From a virus (taxonomy: Duplodnaviria > Heunggongvirae > Uroviricota > Caudoviricetes), in the IMG/VR virus record IMGVR_UViG_2671180366_000012: a stretch of DNA of 6,424 bases; one strand, given 5' to 3'. Shown here one piece after another: positions 1-6,424 of this stretch (position 1 is its first letter; each line of letters begins with the position of its first letter). The position numbers and the translations under genes are program-made. Under the pieces are notes generated by a model that saw only the letters and a program-made list of their open reading frames with translations, had not been told where the DNA came from and ran no database searches.

Positions 1-29
1 AAGTTGGAGTCATTACCCTGGAGCATTTG

Positions 30-2291
30 ATGATCAAGTTATCTGAAAAAGGCGTGTTTCTCGCCAGTAATAACGAAATAATTGCCGAAGAACATTTCAC
101 CGGCGAAATTAAAAAAGAAGAAGCCAAAAAAGGCACTATTGCCTGGTCTATTCTCTCTTCGCATAATACGTCCGGAAATATGGATAAACTTAAAATTAAG
201 TTTGATTCATTAGCCTCTCACGATATTACCTTTGTTGGTATTGTACAGACCGCTAAAGCGTCCGGTATGGAACGTTTCCCGCTGCCGTATGTGCTGACCA
301 ACTGCCATAACTCACTCTGCGCCGTCGGCGGCACTATTAACGGTGATGACCATGTTTTTGGTTTATCGGCGGCCCAGCGTTATGGCGGTATTTTTGTGCC
401 TCCGCATATTGCGGTCATCCATCAATATATGCGTGAGATGATGGCAGGCGGCGGCAAAATGATCCTCGGGTCAGACAGCCACACCCGTTACGGTGCATTA
501 GGGACAATGGCAGTCGGTGAGGGCGGCGGTGAGTTGGTAAAACAGCTGCTTAATGACACCTGGGATATCGACTATCCGGGCGTGGTTGCGGTGCATCTGA
601 CCGGAAAACCTGCGCCGTATGTGGGGCCACAGGATGTGGCGCTGGCTATCATTGGCGCGGTGTTCAAAAACGGTTACGTCAAAAACAAAGTCATGGAGTT
701 CGTTGGACCGGGCGTTAGCGCGCTCTCTACCGATTTCCGTAACAGCGTTGACGTGATGACCACTGAAACGACCTGTTTAAGTTCTGTCTGGCAAACCGAT
801 GAAGAAGTCCATAACTGGCTGGCGCTGCACGGTCGCGGCCAGGATTACTGCCAGCTTAACCCTCAACCGATGGCGTACTACGATGGCTGCATCAGCGTTG
901 ATTTAAGCGCCATCAAACCAATGATTGCGCTGCCGTTCCACCCGAGCAACGTGTATGAAATCGACACACTGAACCAGAACCTGACCGACATTCTGCGTGA
1001 GATTGAAATTGAGTCCGAACGCGTGGCGCACGGTAAAGCCAAACTCTCGCTGCTGGATAAAGTGGAAAATGGTCGCCTGAAAGTGCAGCAGGGGATTATC
1101 GCGGGCTGTTCTGGCGGTAACTACGAAAACGTCATCGCGGCGGCGAATGCACTGCGCGGTCAATCCTGTGGCAATGACACCTTCTCGCTGGCAGTTTACC
1201 CGTCATCACAGCCGGTGTTTATGGATCTCGCCAAAAAAGGTGTGGTAGCAGATTTGATTGGCGCAGGCGCAATCATCAGAACCGCGTTCTGCGGCCCATG
1301 CTTTGGCGCGGGCGATACGCCAATCAACAACGGTTTGAGTATTCGCCACACCACGCGTAACTTCCCGAACCGCGAAGGCTCTAAGCCAGCTAATGGGCAG
1401 ATGTCAGCGGTGGCGTTGATGGACGCTCGTTCTATCGCTGCGACTGCGGCAAACGGTGGCTATTTAACCTCTGCCAGCGAACTTGATTGCTGGGACAACG
1501 TGCCGGAGTACGCCTTCGATGTAACGCCGTATAAAAACCGTGTTTATCAGGGCTTTGTGAAAGGGGCAACTCAGCAACCGCTGATTTACGGGCCGAACAT
1601 TAAAGACTGGCCGGAATTGGGTGCGCTGACTGACAATATCGTCCTGAAAGTGTGCTCGAAGATCCTCGACGAAGTGACCACCACCGACGAACTGATTCCT
1701 TCCGGTGAAACCTCTTCTTATCGTTCAAATCCGATTGGTCTGGCGGAGTTTACCCTGTCTCGCCGCGATCCCGGTTATGTTAGCAGAAGTAAAGCGACTG
1801 CTGAGCTGGAAAATCAGCGTCTGGCGGGGAATGTCAGCGAGCTGACAGAGGTGTTTGCGCGCATTAAGCAGATTGCTGGTCAGGAGCATATTGATCCGCT
1901 GCAAACTGAAATTGGCAGCATGGTCTATGCGGTGAAACCAGGCGATGGTTCTGCGCGTGAACAGGCGGCGAGCTGCCAGCGTGTGATTGGCGGTCTGGCG
2001 AATATTGCCGAGGAGTACGCGACTAAACGCTATCGTTCTAACGTCATCAACTGGGGGATGTTACCGCTGCAAATGGCGGAAGTACCAACCTTTGAAGTGG
2101 GGGATTACATTTACATCCCTAGCATTAAAGCGGCGCTGGATAATCCGGGTACGACGTTTAAAGGTTATGTGATCCATGAAGATGCGCCGGTAACGGAAAT
2201 TACGCTCTATATGGAAAGTCTGACTGCTGAAGAGCGCGAGATTATCAAGGCGGGTAGTTTGATTAACTTCAATAAAAACCGTCAGATGTAA
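30..2291 (+). CDS. ybhJ: Aconitase-family putative hydratase (YbhJ-like), about 753 aa
   Basis: Long uninterrupted ORF; translation matches what I recall of E. coli YbhJ. The ORF track starts at TTG 27, but ATG at 30 sits 6 nt after GGAG (20..23), so ATG 30 is the likelier start. Stop TAA at 2289..2291. Position next to ybhC and the lambda att site matches the K-12 gene order. Confidence 0.88.
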   Translation: MIKLSEKGVFLASNNEIIAEEHFTGEIKKEEAKKGTIAWSILSSHNTSGNMDKLKIKFDSLASHDITFVGIVQTAKASGMERFPLPYVLTNCHNSLCAVGGTINGDDHVFGLSAAQRYGGIFVPPHIAVIHQYMREMMAGGGKMILGSDSHTRYGALGTMAVGEGGGELVKQLLNDTWDIDYPGVVAVHLTGKPAPYVGPQDVALAIIGAVFKNGYVKNKVMEFVGPGVSALSTDFRNSVDVMTTETTCLSSVWQTDEEVHNWLALHGRGQDYCQLNPQPMAYYDGCISVDLSAIKPMIALPFHPSNVYEIDTLNQNLTDILREIEIESERVAHGKAKLSLLDKVENGRLKVQQGIIAGCSGGNYENVIAAANALRGQSCGNDTFSLAVYPSSQPVFMDLAKKGVVADLIGAGAIIRTAFCGPCFGAGDTPINNGLSIRHTTRNFPNREGSKPANGQMSAVALMDARSIAATAANGGYLTSASELDCWDNVPEYAFDVTPYKNRVYQGFVKGATQQPLIYGPNIKDWPELGALTDNIVLKVCSKILDEVTTTDELIPSGETSSYRSNPIGLAEFTLSRRDPGYVSRSKATAELENQRLAGNVSELTEVFARIKQIAGQEHIDPLQTEIGSMVYAVKPGDGSAREQAASCQRVIGGLANIAEEYATKRYRSNVINWGMLPLQMAEVPTFEVGDYIYIPSIKAALDNPGTTFKGYVIHEDAPVTEITLYMESLTAEEREIIKAGSLINFNKNRQM

Positions 2292-2307
2292 AAAGCGCCA
2301 TGTGAAT

Positions 2308-2510
<203 letters not shown>

Positions 2511-2524
2511 ATAGTTAATTGCTC

Positions 2525-3808
2525 TTACTTCTTCGCCTCTGCAACCACTTTACTACCCACGCCGCGGTTATTGTATTCCCACATGCGGTTGTAGTTAGTG
2601 TCATTCAGATTGCGCTGTATTTCGTCGTTATCATCTACGCTGCCGGTATTACCCGCAAACGGACGATTAGAGATCACCGCATCGGCCCACGGTTTAGCCG
2701 TGTTAAAACCTTCGTTGATGGCGCTATCACGGATCACCACCTGACCGTTGGTATTGGCATCAACATCCAGCGAGCGGCCCAGTTGCGCCACACCATCACC
2801 GAAAGCATTGAAACGGCTGTTTACGGCGAGGAAACCGTAGTAAATGTTGGACAGCGTAGCCGGTGCAAACACATACGCTTCTTGCTGAGTACGTGAGTTC
2901 ACCACGCGGAATTCGGTGTTATCGAACACCACTGCGCCGCGACCAGAAACGATATCCACATCCCCTTCAATGTAGCTGTTGGTCACCAGCGTACGCGGCT
3001 GACGATTCGTTTCCAGACGGTTCTGCACACCGCTGTTGGTGACAAAGAAGGTGTTCTGACGACCGAGAATGTTAACGTTGTTAATCTGTACCTGGTCACC
3101 ATCAGTACGCAGTGCCACCGCCGGATGGTTACCTGCATCTACGCTATCGCCCAGCGTGTTTTCGATGGTCAGATTTTGCAGTTGCAGGCCATTGTTTTGT
3201 GACCAGAAGACCGCAGAGCAGAGAACACCGATACTGTCGCTGCGTTTGCTCTGGCAGCTATCGTACATATACCACGCTGGTTTACCTGGCATATATTTGC
3301 CGCGCGGGTTGACGTCGTGACGCCAGTCGGCAGGGCTCATGCCACCATCAAGGGAAAGCCCAATCTTCACATCAATCGGTTTTTCACCTGTACCGTACAG
3401 AGTAATTCCACCCGGAGCGGCAGGGACATATACCGTTCCCTGATACTCACCAGGCATCACGGCAATATACTGGCGCTTGTTGGTACGCTTGATAATTGCC
3501 GCATCTACCGCCGCCTGAATCGTGGTATGCGTTACACCTTGAGTGCCCGCCGGGCCGACAACAAAGTCAGGTTGCGCAGGCAGGGTAATCGGGGAAGGAT
3601 TCCACGCTGCAGCACCTGGTGTCAGGGATGCAAAATAGTGTTGAGCATCGAAATTCTGCGCTTCTTTTGCCGACAGAATCGGGCGAGAAGAGGTACCAGG
3701 CGCGGTTTGATCAGAAGGACGTTGATCGGGCGGGGTTGAGCTACAGGCGGTCAGCGTCACGCCAAAAGCCAATGCCAGCGCCAGACGGGAAACTGAAAAT
3801 GTGTTCAC
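2525..3808 (-). CDS. ybhC: Outer-membrane lipoprotein YbhC (pectin methylesterase-like fold; annotated as acyl-CoA thioesterase), 427 aa
   Basis: ORF on the - strand; N-terminus MNTFSVSRLALALAFGVTLTACSS is a lipoprotein signal peptide with lipobox LTAC. Start is GTG (complement of 3806..3808) with GGAG 6 nt upstream on the - strand. Stop TAA is complement of 2525..2527. Translation matches what I recall of E. coli YbhC. Confidence 0.88.
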   Translation of the reverse strand: MNTFSVSRLALALAFGVTLTACSSTPPDQRPSDQTAPGTSSRPILSAKEAQNFDAQHYFASLTPGAAAWNPSPITLPAQPDFVVGPAGTQGVTHTTIQAAVDAAIIKRTNKRQYIAVMPGEYQGTVYVPAAPGGITLYGTGEKPIDVKIGLSLDGGMSPADWRHDVNPRGKYMPGKPAWYMYDSCQSKRSDSIGVLCSAVFWSQNNGLQLQNLTIENTLGDSVDAGNHPAVALRTDGDQVQINNVNILGRQNTFFVTNSGVQNRLETNRQPRTLVTNSYIEGDVDIVSGRGAVVFDNTEFRVVNSRTQQEAYVFAPATLSNIYYGFLAVNSRFNAFGDGVAQLGRSLDVDANTNGQVVIRDSAINEGFNTAKPWADAVISNRPFAGNTGSVDDNDEIQRNLNDTNYNRMWEYNNRGVGSKVVAEAKK

Positions 3809-3854
3809 AGGTTGCTCCGGGCTATGAAATAGAAAAATGAATCCGTTGAAGCCT

Positions 3855-3869
3855 GCTTTTTTATACTAA
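3855..3869. other. att core (overlap region O) of attL, sequence GCTTTTTTATACTAA
   Basis: Exact 15-bp lambda core. Upstream flank ccgttgaagcct is the bacterial attB arm; downstream flank gttggcattataaaaaagcattgcttatcaatttgttgcaacgaacaggtcactatcagtcaaaataaaatcattatttg is the lambda P' arm as I remember it. Confidence 0.92.
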
Positions 3870-3950
3870 GTTGGCATTATAAAAAAGCATTGCTTATCAA
3901 TTTGTTGCAACGAACAGGTCACTATCAGTCAAAATAAAATCATTATTTGA
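3870..3950. promoter_or_regulatory. P' arm of attL: IHF H' site (3895..3907, tATCAAtttgTTG) and three tandem Int arm-type sites (about 3915..3947)
   Basis: IHF consensus WATCAANNNNTTR is matched at 3895..3907. Arm-type-like repeats caggtcactat / cagtcaaaat / aaatcattat lie at 3915..3947 and overlap the 3' end of int, as in lambda. Confidence 0.65.
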
Positions 3951-5013
3951 TTTCAATTTTGTCCCACTCCCTGCCTCTGTCATCACGATACTGTGATGCC
4001 ATGGTGTCCGACTTATGCCCGAGAAGATGTTGAGCAAACTTATCGCTTATCTGCTTCTCATAGAGTCTTGCAGACAAACTGCGCAACTCGTGAAAGGTAG
4101 GCGGATCCCCTTCGAAGGAAAGACCTGATGCTTTTCGTGCGCGCATAAAATACCTTGATACTGTGCCGGATGAAAGCGGTTCGCGACGAGTAGATGCAAT
4201 TATGGTTTCTCCGCCAAGAATCTCTTTGCATTTATCAAGTGTTTCCTTCATTGATATTCCGAGAGCATCAACATGCAATACTGTTGGGATGGCAATTTTT
4301 ACGCCTGTTTTGCTTTGCTCGACATAAAGATATCCATCTACGATATCAGACCACTTCATTTCGCATAAATCACCAACTCGTTGCCCGGTAACAACAGCCA
4401 GTTCCATTGCAAGTCTGAGCCAACATGGTGATGATTCTGCTGCTTGATAAATTTTCAGGTATTCGTCAGCCGTAAGTCTTGATCTCCTTACCTCTGATTT
4501 TGCTGCGCGAGTGGCAGCGACAGGGTTTGTTGTTATATGGCCTTCAGCTATTGCCTCTCGGAATGCATCGCTCAGTGTTGATCTGATTAACTTGGCTGAC
4601 GCCGCCTTGCCCTCGTCTATGTATCCATTGAGCATTGCCGCAATTTCTTTTGTGGTGATGTCTTCAAGTGGAGCATCAGGCAGACCCCTCCTTATTGCTT
4701 TAATTTTGCTCATGTAATTTATGAGTGTCTTCTGCTTGATTCCTCTGCTGGCCAGGATTTTTTCGTAGCGATCAAGCCATGAATGTAACGTAACGGAATT
4801 ATCACTGTTGATTCTCGCTGTCAGAGGCTTGTGTTTGTGTCCTGAAAATAACTCAATGTTGGCCTGTATAGCTTCAGTGATTGCGATTCGCCTGTCTCTG
4901 CCTAATCCAAACTCTTTACCCGTCCTTGGGTCCCTGTAGCAGTAATATCCATTGTTTCTTATATAAAGGTTAGGGGGTAAATCCCGGCGCTCATGACTTC
5001 GCCTTCTTCCCAT
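3943..5013 (-). CDS. int: Tyrosine recombinase, lambda integrase Int, 356 aa
   Basis: Full-length ORF on the - strand. Translation matches lambda Int as I recall it, including the C-terminal ...HLLGHKSDTMASQYRDDRGREWDKIEIK with the catalytic Tyr 15 residues from the end. An intact BamHI site (ggatcc, 4113..4118) lies inside the gene. Start ATG is complement of 5011..5013. Confidence 0.96.
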   Translation of the reverse strand: MGRRRSHERRDLPPNLYIRNNGYYCYRDPRTGKEFGLGRDRRIAITEAIQANIELFSGHKHKPLTARINSDNSVTLHSWLDRYEKILASRGIKQKTLINYMSKIKAIRRGLPDAPLEDITTKEIAAMLNGYIDEGKAASAKLIRSTLSDAFREAIAEGHITTNPVAATRAAKSEVRRSRLTADEYLKIYQAAESSPCWLRLAMELAVVTGQRVGDLCEMKWSDIVDGYLYVEQSKTGVKIAIPTVLHVDALGISMKETLDKCKEILGGETIIASTRREPLSSGTVSRYFMRARKASGLSFEGDPPTFHELRSLSARLYEKQISDKFAQHLLGHKSDTMASQYRDDRGREWDKIEIK

Positions 5014-5209
5014 TTCTGATCCTCTTCAAAAGGCTACCTGTTACTGGTCGATTTAAGTCAACCTTTACCGCTGATTCGTGGAACAGATACTCTCTTCCAT
5101 CCTTAACCGGAGGAGGGAATATCCTGCACTCGCGTACCCATCGACGAACTGTTTCAAGGCTTCTTGGGCGTCGCTGGCGTGCGTTCCACTCCTGAAGTGT
5201 CAAGTACAT
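4991..5209 (-). CDS. xis: Excisionase Xis, 72 aa
   Basis: ORF MYLTLQEWNARQRRPRSLETVRRWVRECRIFPPPVKDGREYLFHESAVKVDLNRPVTGSLLKRIRNGKKAKS matches lambda Xis. Its 3' end overlaps the int start by 23 nt (4991..5013), as in lambda. Confidence 0.95.
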   Translation of the reverse strand: MYLTLQEWNARQRRPRSLETVRRWVRECRIFPPPVKDGREYLFHESAVKVDLNRPVTGSLLKRIRNGKKAKS

Positions 5210-5221
5210 CGCAAAGTCTCC

Positions 5222-5235
5222 GCAATTACACGCAA
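5222..5235 (-). promoter_or_regulatory. cII-binding direct repeat TTGC-N6-TTGC of the int promoter pI
   Basis: The - strand reads TTGCGTGTAATTGC just upstream of the xis start codon. In lambda this is the cII recognition motif of pI, whose transcript starts inside xis so that Int is made without Xis. Confidence 0.6.
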
Positions 5236-5236
5236 G

Positions 5237-5257
5237 AAAAAACCGCCATCAGGCGGC
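5237..5257 (-). terminator. Short GC hairpin followed by a U-run on the - strand (terminator-like), overlapping the orf55 stop codon
   Basis: The - strand reads GCCGCC-UGAU-GGCGG-UUUUUU: a 5-6 bp stem from 5243..5247 pairing with 5252..5256, followed by six T (complement of A 5237..5242). The stem is short, so termination efficiency is uncertain. Confidence 0.35.
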
Positions 5258-5416
5258 TTGGTGTTCTTTCAGTTCTTCAATTCGAATATTGGTTACGTCT
5301 GCATGTGCTATCTGCGCCCATATCATCCAGTGGTTATAACAGTCGTTGATGTTCTCTGCTTCGATAACCCTGTTGAATGGCTCTCCATTCCATTCACCTG
5401 TGACTCGGAAGTGCAT
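5249..5416 (-). CDS. Small conserved lambda ORF (55 aa) between xis and the accessory region
   Basis: Not in the supplied track (below its length cutoff). The - strand reads ATG...TGA giving MHFRVTGEWNGEPFNRVIEAENINDCYNHWMIWAQIAHADVTNIRIEELKEHQAA. GGAG lies 7 nt upstream of the ATG. Same size and position as the 55-codon ORF I recall after xis in lambda. Confidence 0.65.
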   Translation of the reverse strand: MHFRVTGEWNGEPFNRVIEAENINDCYNHWMIWAQIAHADVTNIRIEELKEHQAA

Positions 5417-5427
5417 TTATCATCTCC

Positions 5428-5454
5428 ATAAAACAAAACTCGCCGTAGCGAGTT
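5428..5454 (-). terminator. Rho-independent terminator-like hairpin for leftward transcription, downstream of the 142-aa gene
   Basis: Perfect 7-bp stem aactcgc (5437..5443) / gcgagtt (5448..5454) with 4-nt loop cgta. On the - strand it is followed by UUUUGUUUU (complement of 5428..5436). Confidence 0.45.
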
Positions 5455-5499
5455 CAGATATAATTTCCACCAAAGGCAGTAGTTGCTTGATGCTAAGAA

Positions 5500-5928
5500 T
5501 TATTCAATATCTATTCCTGTAATATCTTTTATCTTTTTCCTTGCAAAGCCTTTTGCTAGTGATTTTGAAACACTCATAAGTGTACTAATTCCCTCATCCT
5601 TAAAGTTTGTTTTTATAGCTTGCCAGACATCCTTTTGACGTAAGTCAGCAATAAAATCATGCCCTCTTGCTGTCAACCTCAGTGGTACTTCGATCCAACT
5701 ATATCCAACACCTTCCCCTAACGCTTTGGACAATATATGACCGAACCCAGGTTTTCCATCAACCCTGACTATTAATTCGTAGTCACATAATAATCGCATA
5801 TGGAAAATAAAATCTTGGTCATATCTATTAAAGCCATTATCCTCTAGTTCACTAAGCATCGTGTCAGGGCCACGAGTTTTTTCGAATGCGATAAGTAGAT
5901 CTTTTAGATATTGCTGGTCTAATTTCAT
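5500..5928 (-). CDS. Hypothetical protein, 142 aa, AT-rich moron-like gene in the prophage accessory region
   Basis: ORF with strong RBS: the - strand reads GGAGG-cggca-ATG. Composition is conspicuously AT-rich compared with flanking genes. No signal peptide, transmembrane segment or family motif that I recognise. Confidence 0.75.
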   Translation of the reverse strand: MKLDQQYLKDLLIAFEKTRGPDTMLSELEDNGFNRYDQDFIFHMRLLCDYELIVRVDGKPGFGHILSKALGEGVGYSWIEVPLRLTARGHDFIADLRQKDVWQAIKTNFKDEGISTLMSVSKSLAKGFARKKIKDITGIDIE

Positions 5929-5938
5929 TGCCGCCTCC

Positions 5939-5950
5939 GTGACATGTCAC
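5939..5950. promoter_or_regulatory. 12-bp perfect palindrome GTGACATGTCAC between a -10-like TATAAA and the RBS of the 142-aa gene (candidate operator or 5' UTR hairpin)
   Basis: Perfect dyad at 5939..5950 in the 28-bp intergenic spacer. On the - strand the order is TATAAA (complement of 5956..5961), 5 nt, palindrome, GGAGG, ATG. No good -35 hexamer is apparent. Confidence 0.3.
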
Positions 5951-5956
5951 AGAGAT

Positions 5957-6295
5957 TTATATCATTAATTTTGTTTCGTGCCAGCCTTTGGTCACCCAGC
6001 ATTGTGAGTCACCATTACACGGGCATGAATTAACAGGAACTCTCTCGCCGCACTTACCGCACCGTTTTCTGCTGATCGATTTTATACGCCAGCGCACACG
6101 TGCATCATCCTGGCGGCTCAGTAACGCGATGTACTCACCAAACTCGCAAGGCGCACGCCTGAAGCGACGCGTGGCACAGTTACGCTCCAGCATTTCAATT
6201 TCCTGAGCATCAAGTACAAGCTCCAGCTTACGCATACCGGATGATGCTTGCTTGGCTCTCTGATCGGCTTTGTGCTCTGTTGCTGATTTAGCCAT
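5957..6295 (-). CDS. Hypothetical protein, 112 aa, with C-terminal cysteine cluster (possible zinc ribbon)
   Basis: ORF with AGGA 8 nt upstream of the ATG on the - strand. C-terminal region RKRCGKCGERVPVNSCPCNGDSQCW contains CxxC, CxC and a further Cys; the N-terminal half is basic and predicted helical by eye. Composition is near 50% GC, unlike the downstream 142-aa gene. Confidence 0.7.
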   Translation of the reverse strand: MAKSATEHKADQRAKQASSGMRKLELVLDAQEIEMLERNCATRRFRRAPCEFGEYIALLSRQDDARVRWRIKSISRKRCGKCGERVPVNSCPCNGDSQCWVTKGWHETKLMI

Positions 6296-6424
6296 TCTGC
6301 TTTTCCTGCATCAGGAGAAAGACAATCATGGCGGTGATGCTGCCAACTTACTGATTTAGTGTATGATGGTGTTTTTGAGGGGCTCCAGTGGCTTCCACCT
6401 TTCTCTTGTACACATATCCCAGCC

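Larger units (their letters stand above)
3855..6424 (-). mobile_element. Left end of a lambda-like prophage (attL, int, xis, orf55, accessory cassette); continues beyond the right edge of the window
   Basis: Lambda att core at 3855..3869 with bacterial B arm to the left and phage P' arm to the right; lambda-type int and xis immediately follow on the - strand. This is the expected layout of a lysogen at attB next to ybhC. Confidence 0.9.

Noticed and set aside
903-2172. ORFs 903..1163 (-) and 1987..2172 (+) inside ybhJ
   Set aside because: Embedded in the ybhJ coding region in other frames or on the opposite strand; no independent start signals; shadow ORFs.
2519-3840. Plus-strand ORFs 2519..2896, 3069..3320, 3112..3312, 3317..3739 and 3619..3840
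   Set aside because: All lie antisense to, or overlap, the well-supported ybhC gene; their translations are Arg/Cys-rich and low-complexity, typical of non-coding frames opposite a real gene.
4194-4717. Plus-strand ORFs 4194..4391 and 4511..4717
   Set aside because: Antisense to int, which is full-length and confidently identified.
3943-5013. Possibility that this is an engineered DE3-type expression prophage
   Set aside because: In such constructs int is interrupted by an insertion at the BamHI site; here the BamHI site (4113..4118) and the whole int ORF are intact and no lac/T7 sequence is present.
5078-5431. Plus-strand ORFs 5078..5431 and 5164..5349
   Set aside because: Antisense to xis and to the 55-codon ORF, overlapping the pI promoter region; the lambda gene arrangement explains this DNA.
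5939-5950. CRP site or canonical LexA box reading of the palindrome
   Set aside because: TGTGA and TCACA half-sites are separated by 4 nt rather than the 6 nt required for CRP; the LexA-like reading has a mismatch in the conserved tetramer and lacks an AT-rich spacer. Kept only as a remote possibility in the findings.
5988-6206. Plus-strand ORF 5988..6206
   Set aside because: Antisense to the 112-aa gene, which has a proper RBS; no start signals of its own.
5957-6295. TraR/DksA-like C4 zinc-finger assignment for the 112-aa protein
   Set aside because: The cysteine spacing (CxxC-X8-CxC-X5-C) does not fit the CxxC-X17-CxxC pattern of that family.
6328-6354. Tiny plus-strand ORF (MAVMLPTY) preceded by AGGAG
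   Set aside because: Only 8 codons and located in the leader of the - strand gene; most likely chance.

Overview
This window is the left junction of a lambda-like prophage integrated at the classical lambda attachment site in an E. coli-type chromosome. Host side: ybhJ (aconitase-family putative hydratase, + strand), a REP/BIME repeat cluster, then convergent ybhC (outer-membrane lipoprotein, - strand). At 3855..3869 is the lambda att core GCTTTTTTATACTAA; left of it is bacterial B-arm sequence and right of it is the phage P' arm, so this is attL. Next on the - strand come integrase (int, 356 aa, catalytic Tyr near the C-terminus), excisionase (xis, 72 aa, overlapping int), the cII-dependent pI promoter motif (TTGC-N6-TTGC) inside xis, and a 55-codon ORF. 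After a terminator-like hairpin at about 5428..5454 the sequence no longer looks like what I remember of lambda (where ea8.5/ea22 follow). It carries instead a visibly AT-rich 142-aa gene with its own strong RBS and a 12-bp perfect palindrome upstream, then a 112-aa gene with a C-terminal cysteine cluster. I do not recognise either protein; this two-gene accessory cassette is the main candidate for something undescribed (superinfection exclusion, defense or anti-defense). All identifications rest on reading the sequence and ORF translations from memory of E. coli K-12 and lambda; no database search was run.
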